From positions 15,616 through 79,615 of the forward strand of contig CASEIV010000012.1 of NCBI GenBank assembly GCA_949288175.1: 64,000 bases of DNA, written 5' to 3'. This stretch comes from an uncultured Eubacteriales bacterium. Its GTDB lineage: Bacteria; Bacillota; Clostridia; TANB77; CAG-508. This document shows, piece by piece, positions 1-11,018 of this stretch (position 1 is the stretch's first letter; every line of letters starts with the position of its first letter). Below the pieces are notes generated by a model that was not told where the DNA came from, did no database searches, and saw nothing but the letters and a program-made list of their open reading frames with translations. A program made the position numbers and the translations under genes.

Positions 1-18
1 TTAATTCCTATAAAATAT

Positions 19-531
19 ATGACGGAAGATAAAACGATTCAGATTCAGATAGAAACAAAAGTAGAAACAAAACCAATATTATATGGAAAAGCACCAAATT
101 CTAATTTACAAGATTATGCACTAACAGCATCAACTTATGAAGATGGAACAGGAGAGACACAAGATAATTATGGTAAAAATAAAACAAAATTAATCATTAT
201 AAAACAAGATAAAGAAACAGAAGAAAAATTGCAAGGGGTAGAATTTCAAGTTTTAGATGAAAATAAAAATGTGATTTACACAAATTTAGAAACAGATGAA
301 AATGGAAGAATAGAAGTGGAAAATCTAATTCCAGGGAAGTATTATATAAAAGAAACAAGAACAATTAGTGGTTATGAAATTTATGAAGATTTAATTGAAG
401 TAGATATAAATCTAAATGAAGAAATGACAGTAACAGTGAATAATCTAGAAGAGGAAAAACCAGAAATTCAAAAAACAACAGATAACAAAGAAGTGACAAG
501 TAAACGAATTTTACCAGTGACAGGGATGTAA
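19..531 (+). CDS. C-terminal part of a SpaA/Cna-B prealbumin-like domain surface protein (probably starts upstream of window)
   Basis: IIKQDKET..LQGVEF..L.TDENGRI..ENL.PGKYYIKETRT..GY pattern; ends LPVTGM; frame open to the window start. Confidence 0.75.
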   Translation: MTEDKTIQIQIETKVETKPILYGKAPNSNLQDYALTASTYEDGTGETQDNYGKNKTKLIIIKQDKETEEKLQGVEFQVLDENKNVIYTNLETDENGRIEVENLIPGKYYIKETRTISGYEIYEDLIEVDINLNEEMTVTVNNLEEEKPEIQKTTDNKEVTSKRILPVTGM

Positions 532-534
532 TAT

Positions 535-565
535 AGAAAGGGAACTTTACAAGTTTCCTTTTTTA
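535..565 (+). terminator. Rho-independent terminator
   Basis: aaagggaact/agtttccttt hairpin plus T-run just after the stop. Confidence 0.7.
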
Positions 566-810
566 TTACAGATCAGACGCAAAGGCTCGAAAGGTTACAT
601 ATATATCATTTTTCATACCTTGTGTGTCGCAACCACTGATGTTGAAAGATAGATTTTAAATAGTCTTAAATAAATTTAATCTTATCGAAAATCTATTTTC
701 AACGAAAGAAGGTTGCTCCAATCGCACTCGCTTTTGCTCGTTTAATCGCTTACGCGGTATTTCAAAATGATATATATGTAACCTTTCGAGCCTTTGAGTA
801 TGAATAGTAA
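566..810. repeat. Long palindromic intergenic element, subfamily A copy 1
   Basis: Arms caaaggctcgaaaggttacatatatatcatttt / aaaatgatatatatgtaacctttcgagcctttg; near-identical to 45866-46071. Confidence 0.9.
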
Positions 811-930
811 CTTTTTCTTTTGTAATTAAAGATTAAAATTTGAAAACTATTGAATAAAAAAATAAACTTTGATAGAATATACAAGAAAAGTATATAATAA
901 AAAAGAGAAACAAAAGGGAGCGTATATTTC

Positions 931-2256
931 ATGTTTTCACAATTAATTGTATTAGTGATATTGATTTTATTAAATGCCTATTTTGCGGCAAGTGAAATAG
1001 CATTTATATCTTTAAATGATGCCAAAATAGAAAAGCAAGCAAAAGAAGGAAACAAAAAAGCAAAACAAATAGAAAAAATGCTAAAAGAGCCAAGTAAATT
1101 TTTAGCAACCATACAAATTGGAATTACTCTTGCAGGATTTTTATCAAGTGCTTTTGCATCAGAAACGTTTGCAGATATGTTGGCACCAACCTTAAATAGT
1201 TGGATACCAGCAATCAGTATAAGCGTATGGAAAAGCATAGCTATCATTATTATAACGATTATATTATCTTTCTTTACATTAGTTTTTGGGGAATTGGTAC
1301 CAAAACGATTAGCAATGAAACATTATGAAAAGATAGCATTTGCGACGATTGGTGTCATTAGAGCGATTTCTATTGTTACAGCACCATTTGTAAAATTATT
1401 AACGGTTGTAACAAATGGCATATCAAGATTGTTTGGTGTTGGAGAAAATGAGGAAGAAACCGTCACAGAAGAAGAAATTAAAATGATGGTAAATCAAGGT
1501 GAAGAAAAAGGAACGATTGAAGAAGAGGAAAAAGAATTAATCAATAATGTTTTTGAATTTAATGATATTACAGTATCTGAAATTATGAGACATAGAAAAG
1601 ATATCTTTGCAGTAGATATTAGTATTAGTAATGAAGAATTGCTAGATGAACTATCACAAGAAGAATATAGACATAGTAGAATACCTGTATATGATGAAAC
1701 GATTGATGAAATCAAAGGAATTTTATATGTAAAGGATGTATTAAAAAATATTAAAAAGAAAAATTTTAAGGTAAAAAACTTGATAAAAGAAGCATATTTT
1801 GTGTCACAAAATCGTTTAATTAATGAGGTATTTAAGGAATTACAAAAAAACAAAATGCAAATAGCAATTGTTGTCGACGAATATGGCGGAACAGCAGGTT
1901 TAGTCACAATGGAAGATATACTAGAAGAATTGGTAGGAGACATATATGATGAATATGATGAAGAAGAGAAAGAGTATGAAAAAATAGATGACAATACGTA
2001 TATGCTAGCAGGAAGTTTACCAATTTATGATGTTAATAAATTGCTAGATGCAGAGATTCCAGAAGGAGATTATGATACACTATCAGGATTTTTACAAGAA
2101 GAACTAGGAAGAATACCTGAGGACGAAGAAAAACCAGTGATAGAAACGAAAAAAGTAACCTATAAAATAGAAGAATATGAAGATAAAAGAATATTAAAAG
2201 TAAAAGCATGTAAAAATAATGTTATAGAAACAGAAGAAGAAAAAAACGAAGAATAA
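931..2256 (+). CDS. Hemolysin-family CNNM/CBS/CorC membrane protein
   Basis: N-terminal TM region with FAASEIA and GELVPK, CBS pair (SRIPVY, VVDEYGGTAGLVTMEDILEELVG), CorC C-terminus. Confidence 0.92.
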   Translation: MFSQLIVLVILILLNAYFAASEIAFISLNDAKIEKQAKEGNKKAKQIEKMLKEPSKFLATIQIGITLAGFLSSAFASETFADMLAPTLNSWIPAISISVWKSIAIIIITIILSFFTLVFGELVPKRLAMKHYEKIAFATIGVIRAISIVTAPFVKLLTVVTNGISRLFGVGENEEETVTEEEIKMMVNQGEEKGTIEEEEKELINNVFEFNDITVSEIMRHRKDIFAVDISISNEELLDELSQEEYRHSRIPVYDETIDEIKGILYVKDVLKNIKKKNFKVKNLIKEAYFVSQNRLINEVFKELQKNKMQIAIVVDEYGGTAGLVTMEDILEELVGDIYDEYDEEEKEYEKIDDNTYMLAGSLPIYDVNKLLDAEIPEGDYDTLSGFLQEELGRIPEDEEKPVIETKKVTYKIEEYEDKRILKVKACKNNVIETEEEKNEE

Positions 2257-2264
2257 GGTAGGGA

Positions 2265-4010
2265 ATGAATATGAAGAAAAAATATATAGTCATGATAATC
2301 ATTGTTCTATTAACTATTATAGCAATTGCAGGTTATTTTATTTATAGACAAATTGAAAAAAATGGAAGAGAATATGAAATTGAAAAAATAGCTGTTCAAA
2401 ATTATGAATATTTTATTTTAAGACAAGATGGAAAATATGGTGTTATTAATAAAAATGGAGATATTGTGATTCATCCAGAATATACAAATGTGATTATACC
2501 AAATCCACAAAAAGCAGTTTTTGTATGTTATGATGAGAATAATAATACAAAAGTATTGAATCAAAATAATGAACAAATATTTTCAGAATATACACAATTA
2601 GAGCCAATTAAGTTAAAAAATATAGCAAGTGATTTAATGTATGAAAAAAATTTATTGACTTATGAACAAGATGAGAAACAAGGATTAATTAACTTAGAAG
2701 GAAAAGTAGTTGCAAAACCTATATATGAATCAATAGAAGGGTTACCATATAAAGAAGGGGAATTATTAGTAAAAATAGAAGGAAAATATGGTGTTGTTAA
2801 TAATAAAGGAAATTACTTAGTAGATTCAGATTATGATCAAATTGCAGTAGACAATTATACGACAGAAGAAGAAGGATATAAACATGCTGGATATATTGTT
2901 TCTAATACAACAGAAAATGGATATCGATATGGATATGTAGATGTGGATGGAAATGTTTTATTAGAACCTGAATATACAGAAGTTTCTAGGATAATTAATG
3001 TGAAAGATGATGATAATATTTATTTGGTTGTAGCACAAAATGGACAATACGGAATGATTAAAAATCAGGAACAAATCATAGAAAATGAATATCAATCGAT
3101 TTCTTATAATAGTGAAAGCAATACATTAACATTAGAAAAGACAAAACGATATGGAGTTGCAACTTTAGACGGAAAAATAGTTATACCAGTAGAATTTGCA
3201 CAAATTGATAGTACAGGAAAAAATATATATGCTACTGATGTAGATGGAAATGTGAAAGTATACCAAGAAGATGGAAATCCTGCTGAAATAGAAAGTAATG
3301 TATATATATTAGAAACAGGAAATGAAAATTATCAAATTAAAATAGATAATACACAAGGCTCAGTATATAGTATACTTAATAAAGATGGAGAACAAATAAC
3401 GACACAAAATTATTCATATATCAATTATTTATATGATAATTATTTTATTGTTTCAGTGACAGGTGGAAAAGTAGGTGTTATTAATGATAAAGAAGAGCCA
3501 ATTATAGAAATACAATATGATTCAATAGAAAAGGTAGAAGGAACAGATTATATTATCACAAGATTATCAGAAAATAGTTCAACACAATTGTATGATAAGA
3601 ATTTTAAACAATTATGTGAGATGACAAATGCGATTGTGCAAACAGAAGAAAATTACGTAAAAGTATACAATGACACAGAAACAAAATATTTCGACCTAGA
3701 AGGAAATGAAAAACAAAATACAGAGATATTATCTAATAATCAAATTCATGCAAAATCCCAAGATGGAAAATGGGGATTTGTCGATAAATCTGGAAATATA
3801 GTTGTAGATTATATATATGATAAAGCAACAGACCTAAATTCTTATGGATATGCAGGCATTAAATTAGATGGAAAATGGGGTGTTGTGAATAGCAATGGTG
3901 AAGTGATTGTAGAGCCAACATATACATTAAACGTACAAACAGAACCAGAATTTATAAAGGATTATTATAAAGTAGAATATGGATATGGAGAATTTTACTA
4001 TACAAAATAA
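2265..4010 (+). CDS. WG-repeat-containing membrane-anchored protein
   Basis: N-terminal TM helix; repeated GKYG/GKWG..I...G..V..P.Y units. Confidence 0.85.
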   Translation: MNMKKKYIVMIIIVLLTIIAIAGYFIYRQIEKNGREYEIEKIAVQNYEYFILRQDGKYGVINKNGDIVIHPEYTNVIIPNPQKAVFVCYDENNNTKVLNQNNEQIFSEYTQLEPIKLKNIASDLMYEKNLLTYEQDEKQGLINLEGKVVAKPIYESIEGLPYKEGELLVKIEGKYGVVNNKGNYLVDSDYDQIAVDNYTTEEEGYKHAGYIVSNTTENGYRYGYVDVDGNVLLEPEYTEVSRIINVKDDDNIYLVVAQNGQYGMIKNQEQIIENEYQSISYNSESNTLTLEKTKRYGVATLDGKIVIPVEFAQIDSTGKNIYATDVDGNVKVYQEDGNPAEIESNVYILETGNENYQIKIDNTQGSVYSILNKDGEQITTQNYSYINYLYDNYFIVSVTGGKVGVINDKEEPIIEIQYDSIEKVEGTDYIITRLSENSSTQLYDKNFKQLCEMTNAIVQTEENYVKVYNDTETKYFDLEGNEKQNTEILSNNQIHAKSQDGKWGFVDKSGNIVVDYIYDKATDLNSYGYAGIKLDGKWGVVNSNGEVIVEPTYTLNVQTEPEFIKDYYKVEYGYGEFYYTK

Positions 4011-4028
4011 TACCTTATTATCTAAGTC

Positions 4029-4062
4029 AAAAAATAGATTCAATTTTGAATCTATTTTTTTT
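4029..4062 (+). terminator. Rho-independent terminator
   Basis: aaaaatagattca-attt-tgaatctattttt hairpin with T-tail. Confidence 0.75.
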
Positions 4063-4079
4063 GCATTATAAGTATTGAA

Positions 4080-4323
4080 TAAGATGCTGTTTTTTCTCCC
4101 CTTTAAGATCAAGTGCTTGTATATTCATTTCTCATAAATTCCTCGGCTCAATACAAATTATAAAAAACTCTAAAATAATTTTATGGCACCCTTTCACGTC
4201 AAGCGCGAACATTTTCCATAAAATTATTTAAGAGTTTCTAATAATTCTCCAATCACATTCGTTATTTATTCGAAATGAATATACAAGCACCTCAGCCTAA
4301 TGGAAAGAAAGAATAGCATCTTA
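4080..4323. repeat. Long palindromic intergenic element, subfamily B copy 1
   Basis: Nested inverted repeats (gtgcttgtatattcatttc / gaaatgaatatacaagcac); core shared with 61381-61602. Confidence 0.88.
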
Positions 4324-4461
4324 AAAATTTAGATTATAATGTTTTAAAGATTATATAGATTAAAAATGCTTAAAAATTCTCGAAATAAACACGAAGATAC
4401 TTGATTAAAAAGATTCAAGATTGTCTATACTATATAAAATTAAAAGAGAAAAGGTGAAAAT

Positions 4462-5316
4462 GTGAAATTAGGAATTGCGTTATCAGGTGGAGGAATTAGA
4501 GGAATTGCACATGCGGGTGTTCTAAAAGCTTTAGAAGAAAACGGAATAAAAATAGAAGCCATAGGAGGGACCAGTTCAGGTGCATTAATTGCAGGTTTGT
4601 ATGTCTTAGGATATTCTCCAGAAGATATTTACCATTTATTTAAAATACATGCAAAAGATATTGTTGGTATAGGACAAAATCCTATATTTTCACGAATACA
4701 TCAGGTATTGAAAAAAGAAAATACCGGATTTAGAAGAGGAGAAGAGATAGAGAAAATTTTTAATAAATTGGCGAAAGATAAGGGAATAGAAACAATTTCT
4801 CAAATTACGAAAATGCCTATATCAATACCTACTGTTGATATAAAAGATGGAAAGGAATATATTTTTACCAATCATATTCCAAATGAAAAAAATCCATATA
4901 AAAAATATATAGGAGATATTTCTGTGGGAAGGGCATTAAGGGCAACAAGCAGTTTTCCAGCTGTATTTTGTCCATGTGATTTTAATGAACACAAATTTTT
5001 AGATGGAGGTGCATTAGATAATGTACCAGTAATAGAGGTAAAAAAACAAGGGATTGAAAAAGTATTAGCTGTTAATTTTAAAGCAGATGATATAACAGAA
5101 GAAAGTAATTATATGGATATAGCAATGAGAACAATTGATTTAATGGGAAACAAAATAGCAGAAGAGAATTTAAAACAAAGTGATTATATTCTAACAATAA
5201 GAACAGACAAAACCGGATTGTTAGATGTGAAAAAAATGGATAGCTGTTATCAATATGGATATGAAATAACTATGAAGGAGATAAATAAAATAAAAGAAAT
5301 AATCCAAGAAAAGTAG
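4462..5316 (+). CDS. Patatin-like phospholipase
   Basis: LSGGGIRG, GTSSG and DGG motifs; GTG start after aaggtg RBS. Confidence 0.93.
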   Translation: MKLGIALSGGGIRGIAHAGVLKALEENGIKIEAIGGTSSGALIAGLYVLGYSPEDIYHLFKIHAKDIVGIGQNPIFSRIHQVLKKENTGFRRGEEIEKIFNKLAKDKGIETISQITKMPISIPTVDIKDGKEYIFTNHIPNEKNPYKKYIGDISVGRALRATSSFPAVFCPCDFNEHKFLDGGALDNVPVIEVKKQGIEKVLAVNFKADDITEESNYMDIAMRTIDLMGNKIAEENLKQSDYILTIRTDKTGLLDVKKMDSCYQYGYEITMKEINKIKEIIQEK

Positions 5317-5403
5317 CATAAAATAAGATGAGAGGTTTTTTAAATGAAGGTTGGAAAATGTATTTTTTCAACCATTTTGTATATTAAGAAAGGAAGAAGT
5401 AAA

Positions 5404-6552
5404 ATGAAGATAAGATATTTTGATAATGCAGCAACGACGAAGGTGAAAAAAGAAGTAGTGGATAAAATGTTTCCTTATTTTGTAGAATCCTATGGAAATC
5501 CATCATCATTATATACACTAGGAAGAACAGCAAAGGTAGGAATAGAAGAAGCAAGGAAACATGTTGCCAATTTAATCAATTGTGATAAAAATGAAATCTA
5601 TTTTACAAGTGGAGGAACCGAAAGTGATAATACAGCATTAAAAGGAATCATGCATGTAAGTAAAAACAAAGGAAAACATATGATAACTACAAAAATAGAA
5701 CATCATGCGATATTAAATAGTTGCAAAACACTAGAAGAACATGGATGTAAAGTAACCTATTTAAATGTAGATAAAGAAGGGATTATTAATTTAGAAGAAC
5801 TCGTAAATGCCATAACAAAAGATACAGTATTAATTAGTGTGATGTTTGCTAATAATGAAATTGGCTCTATCCAACCAATCAAAAAGATAGGAGAGATTGC
5901 AAAAGAAAAAGGAATTATTTTTCATACAGATGCCGTTCAGGCTTGTGGAAATGTAAAGATTGATGTTAAAGAAATGAATATTGATATGTTATCTTTATCA
6001 GGTCATAAAATAGGAGCACCTAAAGGAATAGGCGCACTATATGTCAATAAAAATATAGAATTTAAAAATTTAATCGATGGAGGACATCAAGAAAGAGATA
6101 AAAGAGCAGGAACTGAAAATGTACCTGGAATGATAGGATTAGGAGAAGCTTGTAAAATTGCGAAAAATAATATAGAACTCCATATAAATAAAATGAAAGA
6201 ATTGAGAGATTTTTATTTTTCTGAAGTGCAAAATCAGATTCCAGATATAAAAATCAATGGTTCTATGGAACATCGATTACCAGGAAATAGTAATATATCA
6301 TTTAAAGGAATCAATGGTAGTGAATTGCTAATGAAATTGGATGAGAAAGGAATTTGTGCATCTGCAGGAAGTGCTTGCTCTTCAGAAAGTAGTATGCCAT
6401 CACATGTATTAACTGCCATTGGACTCACAAGTGAATATGCAGAAGGAACTTTGAGAGTAACTTTTGGGGATGAAAATACCAAAGAAGATGTGGAATATTT
6501 AGTAGAAAATTTGACACAAATTGTAAAAGAAATAAGAAATAAAGATATATAG
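5404..6552 (+). CDS. iscS: Cysteine desulfurase (IscS/NifS)
   Basis: YFDNAATT, FTSGGTESDN, SGHK (PLP lysine), GSAC; ATG 5404 follows an RBS. Confidence 0.92.
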   Translation: MKIRYFDNAATTKVKKEVVDKMFPYFVESYGNPSSLYTLGRTAKVGIEEARKHVANLINCDKNEIYFTSGGTESDNTALKGIMHVSKNKGKHMITTKIEHHAILNSCKTLEEHGCKVTYLNVDKEGIINLEELVNAITKDTVLISVMFANNEIGSIQPIKKIGEIAKEKGIIFHTDAVQACGNVKIDVKEMNIDMLSLSGHKIGAPKGIGALYVNKNIEFKNLIDGGHQERDKRAGTENVPGMIGLGEACKIAKNNIELHINKMKELRDFYFSEVQNQIPDIKINGSMEHRLPGNSNISFKGINGSELLMKLDEKGICASAGSACSSESSMPSHVLTAIGLTSEYAEGTLRVTFGDENTKEDVEYLVENLTQIVKEIRNKDI

Positions 6553-6555
6553 CGA

Positions 6556-6723
6556 TATGACAATTCAGCCTAAGATATATTCTTATTATTTTTCACACCT
6601 TGTGTGTCGCAATCTACCAAAAGAAAAAATATCGTAGATTGCTCCAATCGCACTCACTTTGTTCGCTTGGTCGCTTACGCGGTGTTTAAATAATAAGAAT
6701 ATATCTTAGGCTGAATTGTCATA
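6556..6723. repeat. Long palindromic intergenic element, subfamily A core with different stems
   Basis: ~36-bp perfect arms tatgacaattcagcctaagatatattcttattattt; core ccttgtgtgtcgcaa...ttgctccaatcgcactc...cgcttacgcgg as in 566-810. Confidence 0.9.
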
Positions 6724-6760
6724 AAAATGTATATTATGATAGTAATAGTAAATTCTTAAA

Positions 6761-8368
6761 TTACGAAAAGTTAGCTTTTAAAATAGATAAACTTGTTTTA
6801 ATTCCATCAACAGCAGCAGACATGATACCTCCAGCATATCCTGCACCTTCTCCACAAGGATAAATTCCCTCTATATTAGATACAAATTTAGTATTTCTAG
6901 GAATCTTTACAGGTGAAGAGCTTCTGGTTTCAACACCAGTTAAGATACTATCAGGATGAGCAAATCCTTTTAGTTTTTTGTCAAAGTATAAGATTCCTTC
7001 TTTTAAAGTAGAAGAAACAAAGCTTGGAAGAATTTCATTTAAATTTGATAAGGTTGTTCCTGGCAAGTAAGAAGGAGTAACTAATCCAAGGGTAGAAGAT
7101 TTTTGATTATTTAAAAAGTCTTCTACTTTTTGAATAGGTGCATAATAATTAGAACCACCTAATATAAATGCTTTTTCTTCTAACTCTTTTTGAAAATAGA
7201 TACCAGCTAAAGGAGAAACATCTGTAAAATCCTCTGGCGTTACATTGACTAATAAAGCAGAATTGGCATTTTTACCATTTCTTAGATAGGTACTCATACC
7301 ATTTGTAACAATGGTATTTTTTTCACTAGAAGAGGCGATAACGGTTCCTCCAGGACACATACAAAATGTATAACAAGAACGACCATTTGGAGAATGATAT
7401 GCTAATTTATATTCAGCAGGAGGTAATTGCAATTTCGGATTTTCTCCATATTGTGCTTGATTAATCATTTCTTGAAGATGCTCAATTCGAACACCTACAG
7501 AAAAGTTTTTCTTTTCCATCATAATGCCATTTTGATACAGTAATTCAAAAGTATCTCTAGAACTATGACCAATTGCTAAAATTAAATGATTGGTAGTAAG
7601 TTCAAAATTGGTATTATCTTCTACATTTTTTAGTAATACCGAATATACTGTATTATTTTTGACAGTAAAATTAATAAATTTTGTATGAAAATAAAATTTA
7701 CCACCTTTTGATATGATATAGTTTCTCATATTTCTGATAATATCAATTAATTTATCTGTTCCGATATGTGGCTTAGATAAATATAAAATTTCTTTTGGTG
7801 CACCAAAATTGACAAATTCTTTTAAAACTTTTTGGCATAAAGGGTTATGAATGCCAGTTGTTAATTTTCCATCTGAAAATGTACCAGCACCACCTTCACC
7901 AAATTGCACATTTGAAAAAGGATTCAATTGTTTATCATGTAAAAAACAATCTACATCATGTTTTCTATCATCAACTGTTTTTCCTTGTTCAATAATAATA
8001 GGGGATATACCATGTTGTACAAGGGTTAAAGCAGAAAATAGTCCAGCAGGACCTGCTCCAACTATGACAGGAGAAGGACAAGCTTTTAAAGTATTTAAAA
8101 AACTTGTATGGATACGGTTATTTATATCTTTTTCAATATCTAGTATTTCCACTTTTGAAATATGAGGATATTTGTTTTCATCTTTTACTTGAATATCAAT
8201 CGTATAATTAAAAAATATATCATTTTTCTTTCTGGCATCAATGGATTTTTTAGAGATATTCCATTCTAGCATATCAGAAGGATGAATATGATATTTCTGA
8301 AGGACAAAGTCAATTAATTCTTTGTCAGATATATTTTTTCTAATTTTTATATTTTGAATTCTTAACAT
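6761..8368 (-). CDS. FAD-dependent oxidoreductase, conserved ~530-aa Firmicute family
   Basis: VGAGPAG, GEGGAGTFSDGKL, FCMCPGG, GEGAGYAGGIMSAAVDG; start set at ATG behind aaggag. Confidence 0.9.
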   Translation of the reverse strand: MLRIQNIKIRKNISDKELIDFVLQKYHIHPSDMLEWNISKKSIDARKKNDIFFNYTIDIQVKDENKYPHISKVEILDIEKDINNRIHTSFLNTLKACPSPVIVGAGPAGLFSALTLVQHGISPIIIEQGKTVDDRKHDVDCFLHDKQLNPFSNVQFGEGGAGTFSDGKLTTGIHNPLCQKVLKEFVNFGAPKEILYLSKPHIGTDKLIDIIRNMRNYIISKGGKFYFHTKFINFTVKNNTVYSVLLKNVEDNTNFELTTNHLILAIGHSSRDTFELLYQNGIMMEKKNFSVGVRIEHLQEMINQAQYGENPKLQLPPAEYKLAYHSPNGRSCYTFCMCPGGTVIASSSEKNTIVTNGMSTYLRNGKNANSALLVNVTPEDFTDVSPLAGIYFQKELEEKAFILGGSNYYAPIQKVEDFLNNQKSSTLGLVTPSYLPGTTLSNLNEILPSFVSSTLKEGILYFDKKLKGFAHPDSILTGVETRSSSPVKIPRNTKFVSNIEGIYPCGEGAGYAGGIMSAAVDGIKTSLSILKANFS

Positions 8369-8592
8369 GTAAAACTCCTTATATTTGTATGTTTTTAACA
8401 AATTAATTATATAATAGGAAAGACGAATAATCAAGTTATCAAAATTCTGAAACTGAAAATGAAAAGTATTTACAAACCAAGCAAAATAGTATAAAATAGT
8501 AAAAATAAAAGCAAATATGCAAGAATAATATGCTGAAAATGATTTAACAAATTTTCAGCATTGGAAAATAAAAAATAAGAAAGAAGAAGCAG

Positions 8593-9285
8593 ATGGAAGA
8601 ATGGAAATCAAGAACAGAATTATTAATTGGGAAAGATAACATACAAAAGTTAGCGAATAGCAAAGTAATTGTATATGGAATAGGTGGCGTAGGCTCATTT
8701 GTAGTAGAAGGATTGGTAAGAGCAGGAATCGAACATATCATTTTGGTAGACAATGATGTGATTGCTCCTAGCAATTTAAATAGACAAGTCCATGCGACCA
8801 TTTCGAATATAGGAAAATTAAAAGTAGATTGTATGAAAGAGAGAATTTTATCCATCAATCCTAAAGTAAATGTAGAAACGTATATATCACAAAACATAGA
8901 AAATGGAGAAGAACTGTTAATAGATGATACCATAGATTATGTGGTAGATGCAGTAGACACGATTACAACAAAATTAAAATTAGTTCAAAGAGCAAAAGAG
9001 GAACAAGTTCCGATTATTTCTTGTATGGGAACAGGAAATAAATTAGACCCAACCAAATTTGAGATAGCGGATATTTATAAAACCTCAGTATGTCCACTAG
9101 CAAAAGTCATGAGAAAAGAATTAAAGAAAAGGGGCATACAGGAGTTAAAAGTTTTATATTCCAAAGAAGAACCAATCAAACATGATATGGAATCTAGAAC
9201 ACCTGCTAGTATATCTTTCGTTCCATCTGTTGCAGGGATGATGATAGCGGGAGAAGTGATTAAAGATATTATAAAAAACAAATAA
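8593..9285 (+). CDS. tcdA: tRNA threonylcarbamoyladenosine dehydratase (ThiF family)
   Basis: GIGGVGS, SNLNRQ, MGTGNKLDP, CPLAKVMRKEL. Confidence 0.85.
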   Translation: MEEWKSRTELLIGKDNIQKLANSKVIVYGIGGVGSFVVEGLVRAGIEHIILVDNDVIAPSNLNRQVHATISNIGKLKVDCMKERILSINPKVNVETYISQNIENGEELLIDDTIDYVVDAVDTITTKLKLVQRAKEEQVPIISCMGTGNKLDPTKFEIADIYKTSVCPLAKVMRKELKKRGIQELKVLYSKEEPIKHDMESRTPASISFVPSVAGMMIAGEVIKDIIKNK

Positions 9286-9406
9286 AGCATTTAGAAACAT
9301 TTTATAATGTCTAAATGTTTTTTTGTTAAATAGGAAAGAGTAATTTTTCCTATTTAACAAAAAAATAATGTTACACAGAAAAATCAATTAAAGGAGATTT
9401 TGAAAA

Positions 9407-10288
9407 ATGGTAAATTTAGAATTATATAAAATATTTGTAACAGTTGCCAAGGAAAAAAATATAACAAAAGCAAGTGAAAAATTAAATTTAACACAACCAG
9501 CAGTAACAAAGCATATGAAAAATTTAGAAAGTTTATTAGAAACAAAATTATTCATAAGAAGTAATCATGGAATTAAATTAACAAAGCAAGGAATGGAATT
9601 ATATGAAGAAATAAAAAATTCTGTGGAGGTATTAACAAATGTGGAGAATAAATACCTAAAAATGAGGGACATCAATTTAGGAATACATTCTACGATATTA
9701 AACAAAATTTTTAGTGATTGCATGAGTGAATATTATATAAAAAATACGAATTCTAAGATAAATGTCCTAAACGAAGAAAATGAGCAAATGCTTTTAGCAT
9801 TAAAAGACGGAGAATTGGATATTATTTTTTCTAAGAAAATATATACAAAATCTAATGATAAACATATCAAATTTATAAAATTAGGAGAATGGAATGAAGT
9901 TTTAATTGCTAACCAAAATTATAAACGAAAAAGTAAATTAATAACTTTAGAGAAACTAAAAAATACGACGATATATATGCCTAAAAAAACATCTGAAACA
10001 GCACATAATTTTTTTCAATCATTGAATTCTAAGTATGAAGATTTTAAAGATATAAAACATGCAACTTATAAAACCATAACAGAAATTATAAAAAATAATG
10101 ATGGGGTAGGATTAGTTACAAAAGAGTTTGTTGAAGAAGAAATCAAAAAACACAATTTATGCATATTAAACACAGAATTTCATATAAAGCCAATTGAATT
10201 TGGTATATATATAAATAGGGAGAGAAAATTTAAAGAATTAAATAAATTTGTAGAAATAATAGAAAATCATTTTATAAACAAGAAATAA
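9407..10288 (+). CDS. LysR-family transcriptional regulator
   Basis: N-terminal HTH: NITKASEKLNLTQPAVTKHMKNLE..L...LF.R. Confidence 0.93.
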   Translation: MVNLELYKIFVTVAKEKNITKASEKLNLTQPAVTKHMKNLESLLETKLFIRSNHGIKLTKQGMELYEEIKNSVEVLTNVENKYLKMRDINLGIHSTILNKIFSDCMSEYYIKNTNSKINVLNEENEQMLLALKDGELDIIFSKKIYTKSNDKHIKFIKLGEWNEVLIANQNYKRKSKLITLEKLKNTTIYMPKKTSETAHNFFQSLNSKYEDFKDIKHATYKTITEIIKNNDGVGLVTKEFVEEEIKKHNLCILNTEFHIKPIEFGIYINRERKFKELNKFVEIIENHFINKK

Positions 10289-10428
10289 CTTGCGGTAATA
10301 ACTAAAGTCGAATTATTCATTTTACATGGAAAAAGATGCATGATATAATTTCATAAAATATAAAAGAACGTACCTAAAAAAGTAGGCATTTTCTAGAATG
10401 TTTTATAGTTAGAAAGGATGATAATCGT

Positions 10429-11004
10429 ATGAAAGATAAACTAGGAGTTATCCATGGAAGATTTCAGTTATTACACAATGACCATATGAAATATTTATTG
10501 GCTGGAAAAGAAAGATGTGAACATTTAATTATAGGAATTTGTAATCCAGAACAAGATTTAACCAAATATACGTCAAACAATCCTCATAGATCTAAAAAAA
10601 GTTCAAATCCACTTACCTATTTTGAAAGAATGGAATGTATCAAATATTCTTTAATAGAAGCAGGAGTTAATCAAGCAGAATTTGATATAGTTCCATTTCC
10701 TATCAATTTTCCTGAAAAGATATTTAATTATGCGCTATTAAATGCAAAATATTATATGACAATATATGATCAATGGGGAGAAGAAAAATTAAAAATGTTG
10801 CAAGAAGATTTAAAACTAGATGTGGAAGTATTGTGGAGAGTTCCACTAGAAGAAAAAGGAATCAGTGCATCTGATATTCGTAAAAATATTCAAGAAGGAA
10901 AAGAGTGGAAACAATATGTACCAAATTTTGTTTATCATTATATGATAGAAAATCAATTAGATAAAAGGATAAAAACATTATTGGATGAAGAAGAAAAAAG
11001 ATAA
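10429..11004 (+). CDS. NMN adenylyltransferase-like / cytidylyltransferase-family nucleotidyltransferase
   Basis: GRFQLLHNDH (HxGH-like), NPLTYFER, ISASDIR. Confidence 0.85.
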   Translation: MKDKLGVIHGRFQLLHNDHMKYLLAGKERCEHLIIGICNPEQDLTKYTSNNPHRSKKSSNPLTYFERMECIKYSLIEAGVNQAEFDIVPFPINFPEKIFNYALLNAKYYMTIYDQWGEEKLKMLQEDLKLDVEVLWRVPLEEKGISASDIRKNIQEGKEWKQYVPNFVYHYMIENQLDKRIKTLLDEEEKR

Positions 11005-11018
11005 GAGAGGTTAAATTT

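Noticed and set aside
4921..4950. AGG as another recoded or frameshifting Arg codon
   Set aside because: AGG occurs in frame in intact genes (e.g. patatin GRALRA) with no frame break.
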